Source: Candidatus Zixiibacteriota bacterium (lineage in GTDB: Bacteria > Zixibacteria > MSB-5A5 > WJJR01). From it: a DNA stretch of 40,174 nucleotides. Both the position numbers and the translations under genes were made by a program. A model generated the notes under the pieces. It saw nothing but the letters and a program-made list of their open reading frames with translations. It searched no databases and was not told the DNA's origin. Shown here in pieces: positions 1 to 9,471 of this stretch (the first letter of the stretch is position 1; every line of letters starts with the position of its first letter). The DNA lies in assembly GCA_036170655.1 (NCBI GenBank), contig JAVHPP010000100.1, positions 1 to 40,174 on the forward strand. The letters are read 5' to 3'.

Positions 1-235
1 CCGCCGCCGACAATGGCGGGCGCTGCGGGGTCCCGCCAAAGATCACTTCCTCCATTTTGCCGCCACGCAGGACGCGCGCACGCTGCTCCCCCAGCACCCA
101 ACGGACGGCGTCGGTCAAGTTCGATTTGCCGCAACCGTTGGGACCGACGATACCTGTGGTCCCCTGGCCGAAGATGACTTCAGTGGGTTCCGGAAAAGAC
201 TTGAATCCAGCCAATTCAATATGCTTCAGAAACAC
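1..235 (-). CDS. smc: Chromosome segregation protein SMC, N-terminal part (runs off the window)
   Basis: Absent from the ORF track. Manual translation from GTG at 235 gives [68 protein letters not shown], with the SMC GFKSF motif and Walker [18 protein letters not shown]-like stretch lies upstream. Confidence 0.96.
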   Translation of the reverse strand, partial: MFLKHIELAGFKSFPEPTEVIFGQGTTGIVGPNGCGKSNLTDAVRWVLGEQRARVLRGGKMEEVIFGGTPQRPPLSAA

Positions 236-341
236 GTTTCCCCCATGGACTGTGGTATCTGTGTCGTGGGCGCCTGACCTGTGTTTTTGTCATCTCCCCA
301 ATCCGTGTCTCACCGAGAGCCACGGGCATGCCAACGACGGG

Positions 342-887
342 CTACGCCGATGCTGGCGGCGCCGCCAACCGCCGTATCATTTCAATAAAGAGGATGAATT
401 CCGTCTTGAGATCGGCCTGTTCACGGCCATGACGGAGTTCGACCGTCACATACGGCTGTCCCAGCCCGTATGGTAAGCCGAGACGTACTGGAATTCCGGA
501 ACTGATCGTCACCGCAGCGAGAAAGACGCTGGGCTCGCGATCCAGTACAATCAGGATATCAAACGGTTTTTGAAACAATTCTCGCAGGAACTTCTTTCGC
601 GGCGCTCCCCACCAGCCCATCTGGCTTGAGGTCGGCACGACCACATGAAACCCAAACGGATTGTAGAAGCGAGCGGTCATGGTTTTTGCGGGGTATAGCA
701 GGGTCACGTCTGTCTTTGGAAATGCTCGAGGAACGTGGGTCAGAAAAAACTCCGACTGCCGCAAGCCCTCCGCGGAGGATGGCATCAGGATCAGAATCCG
801 CTTTGCCTGGCGCAACGCACCAGGAAAGGTGAATTCGGCGGGACGATTGCGCCGGGACCAGAGCCACAATAGCGAGCGGCGGATCAT
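342..887 (-). CDS. Hypothetical protein resembling the N-terminal domain of GT9 (heptosyltransferase-like) proteins
   Basis: 181-aa ORF in operon orientation with an AGGAG RBS. KRILILMP...PKTDVTLL and 'ELFQKPFDILIVLD...IPVRLG' resemble the GT9 N-domain. Confidence 0.55.
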   Translation of the reverse strand: MIRRSLLWLWSRRNRPAEFTFPGALRQAKRILILMPSSAEGLRQSEFFLTHVPRAFPKTDVTLLYPAKTMTARFYNPFGFHVVVPTSSQMGWWGAPRKKFLRELFQKPFDILIVLDREPSVFLAAVTISSGIPVRLGLPYGLGQPYVTVELRHGREQADLKTEFILFIEMIRRLAAPPASA

Positions 888-933
888 CTCTCCTCGTTCC
901 GGATTGGGTCTTCAGGCATCGCGTACCCGGTGC

Positions 934-1950
934 TCATCTTGTTCCCTCAACGGCCGCCGCAGAATCCGTGGCTGGAGCCGGCTCCAGCAGTTTCAGAACG
1001 CTATCCTGGGTCAGGAGATGCCGGTTCAAACGATTGGCCCACGTGCTAAAGGGTCGGAGCGGGCGCCCGTTGACTGTCGCCGTCACTCCTCGAGTCTGCC
1101 CCAGAGAAAGAACAAAAGATTCCGCCGCGGTGGCGGCAATGCGCTCTCCCGGCTTGAGAACCCGCGATCTGACGATCGTGTCGTGGTCGGCTTCAAGGAA
1201 TGTCCACGTGTCACGCTCGAATTGTAGTGTCAATTCCATTGGTCCGGTGGTTTGGGTGGCCGAGGGCATTGGCAGCGAATCGGAGATGACTGGCTCCGGC
1301 TCCGGCACCGGCACCGGTGGCGCCGTTTGGGTTCTCGCTTCGGGCGTTGGCGATTCTCTCACCGTTCTTGCCGGAGGGCGCAAGAGAACCCAGGCCACGA
1401 CAGCCAGAACAACCGCAATCGCAGGTACGATCCACAAGAAAGACGGTGACGATTTCTTCCTCCGCCGCACAACTCCAATTTCTGTGGGTACCGGGGGAAG
1501 CGGGGGCGCTGGGGCTGTGGGTCCGCCATGGTGGTCGGGTTCAGCCGGTTCTGAAGCCACTGCGATCGTCGGGTGAGAAGACGACTCGGCGACGGCAGGA
1601 TTAAGATCAAGCAGCGCGTAAATCTCAGCGAGGTCGAAGCCCAGACGCTCGGCATAGGCCTTGATAAACAGGCGCGCATACTCCGGCGTCGGCAGCGCGC
1701 CGAAGTTTTCCTCTTCGATGGCGCGCAGGTAGTCGGGTTTAACTTTGATATCCTCGGCCACGTCCTCGATCTTCAAACCCATCGAGTGACGCCGCGCGAG
1801 AAACAATGGTCCCAGCCGGTCGCTGGTGATGTCAATGCCATGCGGCGGCGCGAGATCGATCCGTCCGTCCGGCGGCGCCCCGGCATCGGTCTTCTCCGAT
1901 GGGATTGGCAGCTCGCCGTTCGGTGTCTTGTTGTTACGACGTCCGTTCAT
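934..1950 (-). CDS. rodZ: RodZ-like cytoskeleton protein (XRE-type HTH, TM helix, DUF4115 domain)
   Basis: HTH LARRHSMGLKIEDVAEDIKVKPDYLRAIEEENFGALP..YARLFIKAYA, then a basic patch and TM helix, then a C-terminal beta domain (DTWTFLEAD...LGQTRGVTATVNG). Confidence 0.85.
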   Translation of the reverse strand: MNGRRNNKTPNGELPIPSEKTDAGAPPDGRIDLAPPHGIDITSDRLGPLFLARRHSMGLKIEDVAEDIKVKPDYLRAIEEENFGALPTPEYARLFIKAYAERLGFDLAEIYALLDLNPAVAESSSHPTIAVASEPAEPDHHGGPTAPAPPLPPVPTEIGVVRRRKKSSPSFLWIVPAIAVVLAVVAWVLLRPPARTVRESPTPEARTQTAPPVPVPEPEPVISDSLPMPSATQTTGPMELTLQFERDTWTFLEADHDTIVRSRVLKPGERIAATAAESFVLSLGQTRGVTATVNGRPLRPFSTWANRLNRHLLTQDSVLKLLEPAPATDSAAAVEGTR

Positions 1951-2590
1951 TGTTGAGACGCTTCACGAGTTGTGTTAAACGACGAATCGGCAATCCCACG
2001 ACATTGTCGATTGGACCATCGACCGAGGTTACAAACTGCCCGGCCAGCCCCTGAACAGCGTACGCTCCTGCCTTGTCCCAAGGTTCATCGGTTTGCAAGT
2101 AGACGTCAATGTCACGATCGGATAGCCGCCGGAACCGGACATACGAGAGCGAGGATCCGCATGCGTGACGTCCGGTCGCTGAGTCGACAACCGATACACC
2201 CGTGATCACTTGATGTGTCCTGTTGGAAAGCCGCTTCAGCATTCTCCGCGCTTCCTGTGGTCCGGTTGGTTTGCCCATTGCTTGGGGTGGCAGCAAAACA
2301 ATTGTATCGGCGCCGACGATGATCCCGTTCCCGCAACGCAAGCGGACGCTCATTGCTTTATGCAACGCCCAGTGTCTGGTCCACCTCTTGGCTTGAGTGG
2401 TTACAAGTCGGAGCGGTCTGGGCTCATCGGCTACCGGTCGGCAGACACACGCCCTGATTCCGCACTCCATCAGCAACTCACGCCGCCGGGGAGAGTTCGA
2501 CGATAGGAACATCCGACGTCTCCCCATTGCCTCGCGCAACGCCCGGCCATCTTCCTGACGGACAATCGGCCGGCCACTTCCCCCCTTCAT
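1934..2590 (-). CDS. maf: Maf family nucleoside triphosphate pyrophosphatase
   Basis: LSSNSPRRRELL, GADTIV, KAGAYAVQG and NVVGLP motifs. Exact start uncertain. Confidence 0.93.
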   Translation of the reverse strand: MKGGSGRPIVRQEDGRALREAMGRRRMFLSSNSPRRRELLMECGIRACVCRPVADEPRPLRLVTTQAKRWTRHWALHKAMSVRLRCGNGIIVGADTIVLLPPQAMGKPTGPQEARRMLKRLSNRTHQVITGVSVVDSATGRHACGSSLSYVRFRRLSDRDIDVYLQTDEPWDKAGAYAVQGLAGQFVTSVDGPIDNVVGLPIRRLTQLVKRLNNERTS

Positions 2591-2620
2591 CGGATCTCAG
2601 AACACCAATGTGTTGTCTGA

Positions 2621-3058
2621 CTACATGTCGATGACCAAAGTCACCGGCCCCCAGTTGCTAATCTCCACCAGCATTTTGGCGCCAAAGCGACCGGACGCCA
2701 CCGGCACCCCCATACTCCGAAAGGCGTCGATCATGCGCAAGTACAATTTCTCCGCCGAGACCGGCTCCATCGCTTCTGTGAATGAGGGGCGCCGTCCCCT
2801 GCGTGTGTCCGCGTAGAGGGTGAACTGGGAAACAACCAAGACGGAGTAATGAAGATCGACCAGAGATCGGTTCATCAGCCCGTTTTCATCCTCAAAGATT
2901 CGCAGAGTCGCGACCTTCTGAGCGGCCGGTTCGATTGCCGTTTCTTCGTCACCGTGACGGAAGCCCACCAGCACGACGATCCCTGGACCGATCTCTCCGA
3001 CCGTCTCTCCGTCAACTGAGACCAGGGCGCTCTTGACTCTTTGAAGGCACAGGCGCAT
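2621..3058 (-). CDS. dtd: D-aminoacyl-tRNA deacylase
   Basis: QRV..A.V, SQFTLYAD..RGRRPSF and NWGPVT motifs. Confidence 0.97.
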   Translation of the reverse strand: MRLCLQRVKSALVSVDGETVGEIGPGIVVLVGFRHGDEETAIEPAAQKVATLRIFEDENGLMNRSLVDLHYSVLVVSQFTLYADTRRGRRPSFTEAMEPVSAEKLYLRMIDAFRSMGVPVASGRFGAKMLVEISNWGPVTLVIDM

Positions 3059-3289
3059 AACGCAACCTCAAGTGAGGCAACAGGCAACGAGGATCGCCTA
3101 AACTGTTTGGTGAGTCAACAGAAAAGACGGCTGTGACATGTTGTGTTACGATTCCTGCCAAACACATTCAGCGGCTTGCGGACCATGCAAAGCCGTTGAA
3201 ACGGCGGACCGAATCAGGCGGATCGACCATCCCACGCTGAACCGCGGGGTTAATAGAGGACCTGAACTCGCTCCGCAGGATGGTGGCGC

Positions 3290-3330
3290 AAAGACGAAGC
3301 CCCCAGCAGATCGCTCCACTGGAGGCTTCG
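3290..3330 (-). terminator. Probable intrinsic terminator of the pil operon
   Basis: The minus strand reads CGAAGCCTCCAGTGGA-GCGA-TCTGCTGGGGGCTTCG followed by TCTTT, about 20 nt after the pilQ stop. Confidence 0.7.
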
Positions 3331-3351
3331 AAGAGAGTATTGAAGACTTCG

Positions 3352-4662
3352 TTACGGCTGCGTGTCGGTGGCGCCCATGATCGCGTTCTCGACGACAGTC
3401 GGCGTAACGAAGATGACCAGATCGCGGTTTTTGATATCCTTTTTCTCGTAGCTGAAAAGCTTCCCGAGCACCGGGATGTCTTTCAGGAGGGGAATCCCGA
3501 CACGCGAGGTGACTTCGTCCTGCGTCGTGAGGCCGCCGATCACGGCTGTCTCCCCGTTGGCAACAACCACATTGGTCTCGGCGTTGTTCGTGTTGATAAC
3601 GACGCCGTTGGGGTCAAAGGAGTACGATGACCGTTCCGGCCGCAAGTACAGGAGGATGCGGTCATCGGCGGTGATGTGCGGCGTGACGCGGAGAATGGTG
3701 CCCACTTCTTCGAACGTGATGACAATATCACCGGACGACGAGAACTGTTTGATCGGCACCTTCTGTCCCATCTGAATGCGGGCTTCCTTGTTGTCGACCG
3801 TGATGATTTCCGGATGGGCAAGAATTTTACCCTTTCCCGACGAGACGATGGCGGAGACGGTGGCATCCATACTCCAGCCACGGCTAAAAGGTGTCGCCCA
3901 TTTGTAGCTCGCAAAGGGATCAGCAACACGGTCGGATCCCTTGGCGGAAAGGTCATTTGAGTATGTGCGCCCGTGAGATGTGCCATTGGTGGCAATGTTC
4001 CAGTTGATGCCCATTTCCTCCAGGTAGTCGGACGAAACTTCGAGGAGCTTGGCCGAGATTTTCACCTGCCGTGTCTCGCGATCCAAACCGGACACGAGGG
4101 TCTTCACGCGGGCGACGTTGCCGGGGTCGTCCGAGACCAGAAGCGTGTTCGTGCGTTCGTCAACGTCCACTTTCCCCCGTCCCGACAACAGTGTCTTGAC
4201 CGGTTTCACCATGTCTTTGGCGTTTCCGAACTTGATGACCAGCAACTGGGTCTCCACCTCGACCAATTGCCGCTGATCGGACAAGTGGCGTTCCCGATCC
4301 GACTCTTCCTTGAGGAAATCGGCCAGCAGGAGCACACGAACGTACCCTTGTTCGTCGACGACCTTGAGGCCATAGGTCTTGGCCAGGATATCCAAGGCGG
4401 CCCGCCATTCGACGTTCTTCAGATTGAGCGTGACCTGCCCTTGAACATTGGGAGCAGCCACGAGATTGACACCGCCGTATTCCGCGAGAAAGTTCAACAC
4501 GGAGCGAACGTCGGCGTTCTGGAAATTGATGTTCTTAATGGCATCCGCGCCGGCCGATAGAGGGGCCAACATGACGAGGGCGCAGAGTCCCAGCATCGCG
4601 ACCGCGCCGCAGTGGCGGAGCGGGGTACGTGCCATCCATCGGCGGTTCCGGCTCAGATTCAT
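3352..4662 (-). CDS. pilQ: Type IV pilus secretin PilQ (short form without AMIN domains)
   Basis: Signal peptide, N0 (NINFQNADVRSVL), N1 (VDERTNTLLV) and secretin domain (QVKISAKLLEV, GETAVIGGL, GIPLLKDIPVLGKLFS, LVIFVTP). Last gene of the pilMNOP operon; ATGA overlap with the upstream gene. Confidence 0.93.
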   Translation of the reverse strand: MNLSRNRRWMARTPLRHCGAVAMLGLCALVMLAPLSAGADAIKNINFQNADVRSVLNFLAEYGGVNLVAAPNVQGQVTLNLKNVEWRAALDILAKTYGLKVVDEQGYVRVLLLADFLKEESDRERHLSDQRQLVEVETQLLVIKFGNAKDMVKPVKTLLSGRGKVDVDERTNTLLVSDDPGNVARVKTLVSGLDRETRQVKISAKLLEVSSDYLEEMGINWNIATNGTSHGRTYSNDLSAKGSDRVADPFASYKWATPFSRGWSMDATVSAIVSSGKGKILAHPEIITVDNKEARIQMGQKVPIKQFSSSGDIVITFEEVGTILRVTPHITADDRILLYLRPERSSYSFDPNGVVINTNNAETNVVVANGETAVIGGLTTQDEVTSRVGIPLLKDIPVLGKLFSYEKKDIKNRDLVIFVTPTVVENAIMGATDTQP

Positions 4663-6791
4663 GGATTCACACTCTCCGTTTTGGGTGTTTCGTTAGTCTT
4701 GGGTTTTTGTTCTTCGGTTTGTGGCGGTGTCTGATACTCTTTCTGATAGGGTGTCGTGGTGTTCGCGCCGAGCGACTTCGACGGGTCCGTGCCGCGCGTC
4801 GTCAGTTGCAGCGCAACCACATGCGACCACCCGTAGTCTTCCACGCGGAACAAGACGCGGTTTTCCTGGATCGCCATGACCGCTCCGTTTTCGACACGAT
4901 CGCCCGCGCGCATAACGTAGCCATACCCTTCCATGTTCTCCAAGAGAGCCATGGATTCACGGTCATCGCGCAGGACACCGACCAGCCGGAGATTCTCCAC
5001 GCTGGGGAGTTGTTCGGTCAGGAATCCAGAGCGTTGCCCCTTGACGAGCGGGGCGAACGGATCACGGCGTCCCATATCATCGTAGAACACCACCGAACGG
5101 GCGGGGATTCCTGCTGCCCCGGTCGTCGGTGCTTCCTCTCCGGTCTTTTCCGTCTCCGTTGATCCCGCCTGTCCGGCCAGCCGAATCCGTTCCAGCAGGG
5201 CCTGCCGATCGAGTGTCAATGCTGGACTCGGCGGTCCATACACCTTCGGCGTGAGGGAATCGGCTTCCAGCACAGGGCTATTGTCCTCGACTGTGGTGTA
5301 GGGCCGGGGTGGTGTTTGATCGGTCAGGAATTTGGCTTTCAGCCGCTCGAAGAGTGATTCCTGCCCGGTGGCAGAGGCCGATTTGTTTGTACTGGCGCCG
5401 CCAGAGGACCCAGACGGCAGGGCTATCGATGCCAGCATGGGCGAAGGTGTTTGAGGCGCTTCGGCTGTGGGTGAACCAGCCGACGACGGCACGGACGGCT
5501 GCGGACCGATGGGCTGCATAGACACTTTCGCAATCGGTACCTTGTCAGTTTCGGACTCTGTCGGTGTCGCCGTGCTGGCATCGCCGATGAGATATTCCGT
5601 AACCAGCACCAGCGGCTTCACTGGAGGGATAAACGGCTTCCTGGCAGACGCAGCGGCCGACGGAGTTGGAACCGGCGACACGGCAGCCGGCTTGCTGCCC
5701 GCCAAAGGAATCTCGGTTGCGATCACCGGCGGGGGGTCCATGGTCAGAGTTGGTCTCTCGCTGGTCGCTTCATCTATCTTGGCGTGTGATTGGTCGGCTG
5801 GTTTGGACGCCGTGGCCATACTTGGATTCGACGCGACTGCCCCGATGCGAGGGGGGGCAACTGGAACCGGCGCGCCGGTTTTCGCCGGACTGACCGCCGC
5901 GACGTGCACCGGTGTGTCCGGAGACGGGCGGGAAACCGGTTTGCTCGACTGTTCGGCGACCACTGGTGGTGTTGGTGTCGCCGGTTGAGTTGCCGCTTTT
6001 ACCGGCGTTGCCGTTTTCGCTTCAGATTCTACGCGCTTGGCCGGGGCCTGAGGCGGCGTCATCACAGACGTCGTCTTCACCGTGCTCGGCACAGTCGGCT
6101 CCTTTAACTTCGCCGGTGCCGACGGCTGAGAGGGCGCGGGGACAGTTGCCACAGTGACGGCTTCTGGCTTGGGGTTCGCTGGAACCCGTGGGTTTATGTT
6201 TTTTGCCGCGTTGCCTGATGTACTGACGTGTGGCACTTCTGTGCTCGCCATTTCCTTTCCGCTCTTTGCGGGTTCTGCCGGACCGGCCAGAACTGGTCGT
6301 GCGGATGCGTTGGCCTCCCACACCGAGAATGAACTGTGCTGCGGGTCGACCATGCGCACAGTGACATCGTTGCCGGTGGTAGACAGCGTGTAAGTAACCG
6401 GCTCACGCATATCGAGAACAACACGCACAATCTGCTGCGGGCTGGTCGCATACTGACTGGTGCGAATCCGCGTGATCACCGATGCCGGCAGCGATTCGAA
6501 GTTTTGCTGTCCCAATGCGTGGTCGGCGTCACAAAAATCGAGGACAACGCGGAAGGGATGCCCATTGCCCGGTTCCTGCGAGAAGTGGTCGCACAGCATA
6601 CGACCGCCGCCGACGACCGACAGTTCGGTGAACGCGCCATTGGGCCGCAAGACCAGGTTCGATACCGGTGTCGCCGCCCCAGCCCACGTCATGGAAGCAA
6701 GGACCGTGAGTGCTCCCACCACGGTTCCAATTGGCCCCGAAGCGACGATCATCGACCAGCGGTTGTTCTTAGCGTTCATAGAGTATCCCAA
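4659..6791 (-). CDS. AMIN domain + Pro/Ala/Thr-rich linker + PilP-like domain fusion protein
   Basis: The N-terminal region has AMIN-like PFRVVLDF and RIRTSQY...IVRVVLDM. A roughly 400-aa low-complexity linker follows. The C-terminal PilP-type region reads GRRDPFAPL...LRLVGVL...ALLE...GYVMRAGDRV. It occupies the pilP position between pilO and pilQ. Confidence 0.8.
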   Translation of the reverse strand: MGYSMNAKNNRWSMIVASGPIGTVVGALTVLASMTWAGAATPVSNLVLRPNGAFTELSVVGGGRMLCDHFSQEPGNGHPFRVVLDFCDADHALGQQNFESLPASVITRIRTSQYATSPQQIVRVVLDMREPVTYTLSTTGNDVTVRMVDPQHSSFSVWEANASARPVLAGPAEPAKSGKEMASTEVPHVSTSGNAAKNINPRVPANPKPEAVTVATVPAPSQPSAPAKLKEPTVPSTVKTTSVMTPPQAPAKRVESEAKTATPVKAATQPATPTPPVVAEQSSKPVSRPSPDTPVHVAAVSPAKTGAPVPVAPPRIGAVASNPSMATASKPADQSHAKIDEATSERPTLTMDPPPVIATEIPLAGSKPAAVSPVPTPSAAASARKPFIPPVKPLVLVTEYLIGDASTATPTESETDKVPIAKVSMQPIGPQPSVPSSAGSPTAEAPQTPSPMLASIALPSGSSGGASTNKSASATGQESLFERLKAKFLTDQTPPRPYTTVEDNSPVLEADSLTPKVYGPPSPALTLDRQALLERIRLAGQAGSTETEKTGEEAPTTGAAGIPARSVVFYDDMGRRDPFAPLVKGQRSGFLTEQLPSVENLRLVGVLRDDRESMALLENMEGYGYVMRAGDRVENGAVMAIQENRVLFRVEDYGWSHVVALQLTTRGTDPSKSLGANTTTPYQKEYQTPPQTEEQKPKTNETPKTESVNP

Positions 6792-6806
6792 TCCTCTCCC
6801 CGTCGT

Positions 6807-7400
6807 TTACAGACCCGCGATCACCAACCGCTCCGATTCCTTGACCTGGTATGTCGAGATGGTCAGCGTCGCCGTCATCGTGAAATCGCCGTGCGCCGTC
6901 TGGGGATTATCCTGCTCAGACACCGTGACCATGTGCACGCTGCCCACGTTGACAATGAATGGCAGATTGGAGATCCGGGCGAGAAAGTCGCCAAAATCAT
7001 GATACGTCGAATGGACTGTCAGCTGGTAATCGTGACGATCGTAGAATCCCTCCGAGACTGCCGCCTGAGGCTCAACACTGGCGACCCGTGAGGATGTCTC
7101 CAGCGCAGCGGAATGGACTTTCGCCAACAGGGAGGCGATCTGGTCGTCCTCCGGCAGGAGCATGGCAATGGTGCGATAGCGGCCCGTGAGATCGTTGTAC
7201 TCCGACTTGAGCGCATCTATCGTACGGCACTTCATTTCCACGCTCTTCAGTTCGGTCTGTAGCATCTCATACCGGGCGTACTCGCTCGTGATCTTCTGCT
7301 CATAGCCGCTGTAAATCTTGCTGTGCCAGAAGTACACGACGGCGACGGCCGCGAGGGCTCCGAGGAGCCATTTCTGTGTTTTGGGGTCCTTGAAATCCAT
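6807..7400 (-). CDS. pilO: Type IV pilus assembly protein PilO
   Basis: N-terminal TM helix, coiled coil, LLPEDDQIASLL and YHDFGDFLARISNLPFIVNV; operon position. Confidence 0.9.
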   Translation of the reverse strand: MDFKDPKTQKWLLGALAAVAVVYFWHSKIYSGYEQKITSEYARYEMLQTELKSVEMKCRTIDALKSEYNDLTGRYRTIAMLLPEDDQIASLLAKVHSAALETSSRVASVEPQAAVSEGFYDRHDYQLTVHSTYHDFGDFLARISNLPFIVNVGSVHMVTVSEQDNPQTAHGDFTMTATLTISTYQVKESERLVIAGL

Positions 7401-7444
7401 TGTTCATCCACCCATTGGGTTGTGTGTTCCGCCCATGAAATCGA

Positions 7445-8200
7445 TCAGTCTCCACTCTCCGGTTGGGTGTTGTCAGTGGAAGACAACTCCCTGCCCGGCG
7501 CCGCTGTTGTGTCGCCCAGTTGAGACGGCCCGGATGCACCGTTCTCGATGTCCTTGATCTTTGCGTCCAGATGCTCCAACTGACAGCCAACCTGGAAGGT
7601 GTAAACACGGCGATCCCTCACGTCAGCGAGTTTCGCATAACGCAGTTGCACATTCGAGAAGCGTGGAGAATCCTGCAGGTTCACAATCAAGTTGGAGAGA
7701 CTGTTGAGCGTGAAGCAGTACCCGTCAAGCGTCACAGCATTGCTTGCCAGCTTGACCGAATCGGCGCTGGTGCCTGCCACTGGCTGCGGCGGTGTGTTCT
7801 TCCGGTTTCGCCCATCGTTGTTTGTCCCTTGCCGGAATTCCGAGATCCACAAGAAATCCGGGACCACCACAGACAGGTCCTCGATATTTTGGACCCAGGC
7901 GCCGCGATCGCGATCCAGCAATTCGATCGCATTCATGCGTTTGAGGATGCGCGTCTTGACATCGACGAGTCGGTCCACCATTTCGATGTCCTTACGCATG
8001 CTGTTGGTCTTTTCCTCGACGCGGGCGACTTCCGAGGTGACATGCGAGAGGCGCATCTTCTGATAGTAGGTGATTCCCACCAGCAGACCGGCGAGAACAA
8101 TCGAGCCGGCAACACCAGCCAGTGCCGCCTTGGGCAGGTGAAATCCACCAGCGCCTCGGCGCATTTCTTTCGGAAGCAGATTGACTTGAATCATGGCCAT
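7445..8200 (-). CDS. pilN: Type IV pilus assembly protein PilN
   Basis: Start reassigned to ATG 8200, with GAGG RBS, immediately after the pilM stop. MIQVNLLP PilM-binding motif, TM helix, coiled coil, VPDFLWI and LQDSPRF. Confidence 0.9.
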   Translation of the reverse strand: MAMIQVNLLPKEMRRGAGGFHLPKAALAGVAGSIVLAGLLVGITYYQKMRLSHVTSEVARVEEKTNSMRKDIEMVDRLVDVKTRILKRMNAIELLDRDRGAWVQNIEDLSVVVPDFLWISEFRQGTNNDGRNRKNTPPQPVAGTSADSVKLASNAVTLDGYCFTLNSLSNLIVNLQDSPRFSNVQLRYAKLADVRDRRVYTFQVGCQLEHLDAKIKDIENGASGPSQLGDTTAAPGRELSSTDNTQPESGD

Positions 8201-8201
8201 A

Positions 8202-9257
8202 TTAGACCTCGCGTGCCGCCAGTCCCACGCCAACTGCCAACACCGGTGCGATCTTGTCCGGCTCCAAGTCGCCAAACAATTCGGGATCGTACTCGATGTT
8301 GCGCAACGGATTGGCAATTTCAATGGGAACGTTCAATCGTGACTGAATACTCTCTGGGAGAAATGGGATCAACGCTCCACCACCTGACAAAACGATCCAA
8401 TCCACGGAGTCGGTTTTCGCCAGTGTCTTGAAATAGGAGAAGGCCACTTCCAGCCCTCCCAATAGTTCGTCTGCCGCCGAGCGGATGGTCGCTTTCAGCA
8501 TATCGTGATCCACGGACCCTTCCAGTTCGCCCCGGATCACTTTCATGGTCATCTCCTGGTTCAAGCGGAACTCCCGCTGAATCACGTCGAAGATCACCCG
8601 GCCACCCGATGAGATGTCCCGCGTGGAGTGATAGATGCCATCCTTCAGGAACACGACGTTGGTCGTGTCGAAGCCGATGTTGATCAGCGCGGTCACCCGG
8701 TCGGGATCGATGTCGTAGTTGATCTCATAAGCATTGAGGACCGCGAAGGCGTCGGTGTCGACGATCGAGGTGCGCAGGCCGGCGTCACGGATGAGGCCGA
8801 GGTAATCCATGACGAATTCGCGGCGTGCTGCCACCAAGAGGACCTCCATCTTGCCGCGTGTGTCATCGGTGCGCAGGATTTGATAGTCCATCGACACGTC
8901 GTCGACATCAAAGGGGCTGCGTTGTTCGGCTTCGAAGAGGATTGCCTGCTCCGCCTCAGCGCCGGTTTTCTGGTCTACTTCAAATTTGTCTGTAATGACA
9001 CCGTGGCCGGAGATCGAGACCACGACGTTGGTGGTCCGGGGATCGCACATATCGAGCAACCCCTGGATGTTGAAGATCACGGCGTCGCGATCTTTAATCT
9101 CCTGGGAGACGATGGCTTCCATGGGCAGTTCACGGATGCCTGCAGCCGCCAGGGCATACCCATCGGCATGGCGGTCGAGTCGCACGTACTTGATCGAGTT
9201 GGCGCCGATGTCCAATGCCGCAACTGATTTTGCACGGCGTCGAAGCGGAAGTCGCAT
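8202..9257 (-). CDS. pilM: Type IV pilus assembly protein PilM (actin-like)
   Basis: ALDIGANSIK, ALINIGFDTT, VLSGGGA and ANPL motifs. Start ATG 9257 with GGAGAG RBS. Confidence 0.93.
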   Translation of the reverse strand: MRLPLRRRAKSVAALDIGANSIKYVRLDRHADGYALAAAGIRELPMEAIVSQEIKDRDAVIFNIQGLLDMCDPRTTNVVVSISGHGVITDKFEVDQKTGAEAEQAILFEAEQRSPFDVDDVSMDYQILRTDDTRGKMEVLLVAARREFVMDYLGLIRDAGLRTSIVDTDAFAVLNAYEINYDIDPDRVTALINIGFDTTNVVFLKDGIYHSTRDISSGGRVIFDVIQREFRLNQEMTMKVIRGELEGSVDHDMLKATIRSAADELLGGLEVAFSYFKTLAKTDSVDWIVLSGGGALIPFLPESIQSRLNVPIEIANPLRNIEYDPELFGDLEPDKIAPVLAVGVGLAAREV

Positions 9258-9375
9258 GATCTCTCCGTCCTGACTGAGGCGCCCATGGAGGCGCCGCTCT
9301 TTTTCACTCTGGCGCGGTGTGTTGAAAGCGTGCTCACCCCGAGACCGCTTCAAGTCTCCGCGACTGTCTGGTAAT

Positions 9376-9404
9376 TGGATCGGCCTTTGTGCCAGATTGT
9401 TTTA
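9376..9404 (-). promoter_or_regulatory. Putative sigma28/WhiG-like promoter upstream of pilM
   Basis: The minus strand reads TAAA-N16-GCCGATCC; the consensus is TAAA-N15-GCCGATAA. Confidence 0.35.
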
Positions 9405-9471
9405 GGCATTTTTTTCGCCGTCTTGACCCGGTTCAACCCATTTGAGCACGCCACCGGTCCGCTTCCACCCG

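Noticed and set aside
57..476. 139-aa plus-strand ORF
   Set aside because: It is the antisense shadow of smc and the neighbouring gene; the minus strand carries clear SMC motifs.
9378..9395. Sigma54 promoter upstream of pilM (perfect TGGCAC -24 box)
   Set aside because: The -12 position reads CCGAT rather than TTGC, so the invariant GC is missing. A sigma28-like reading fits better.
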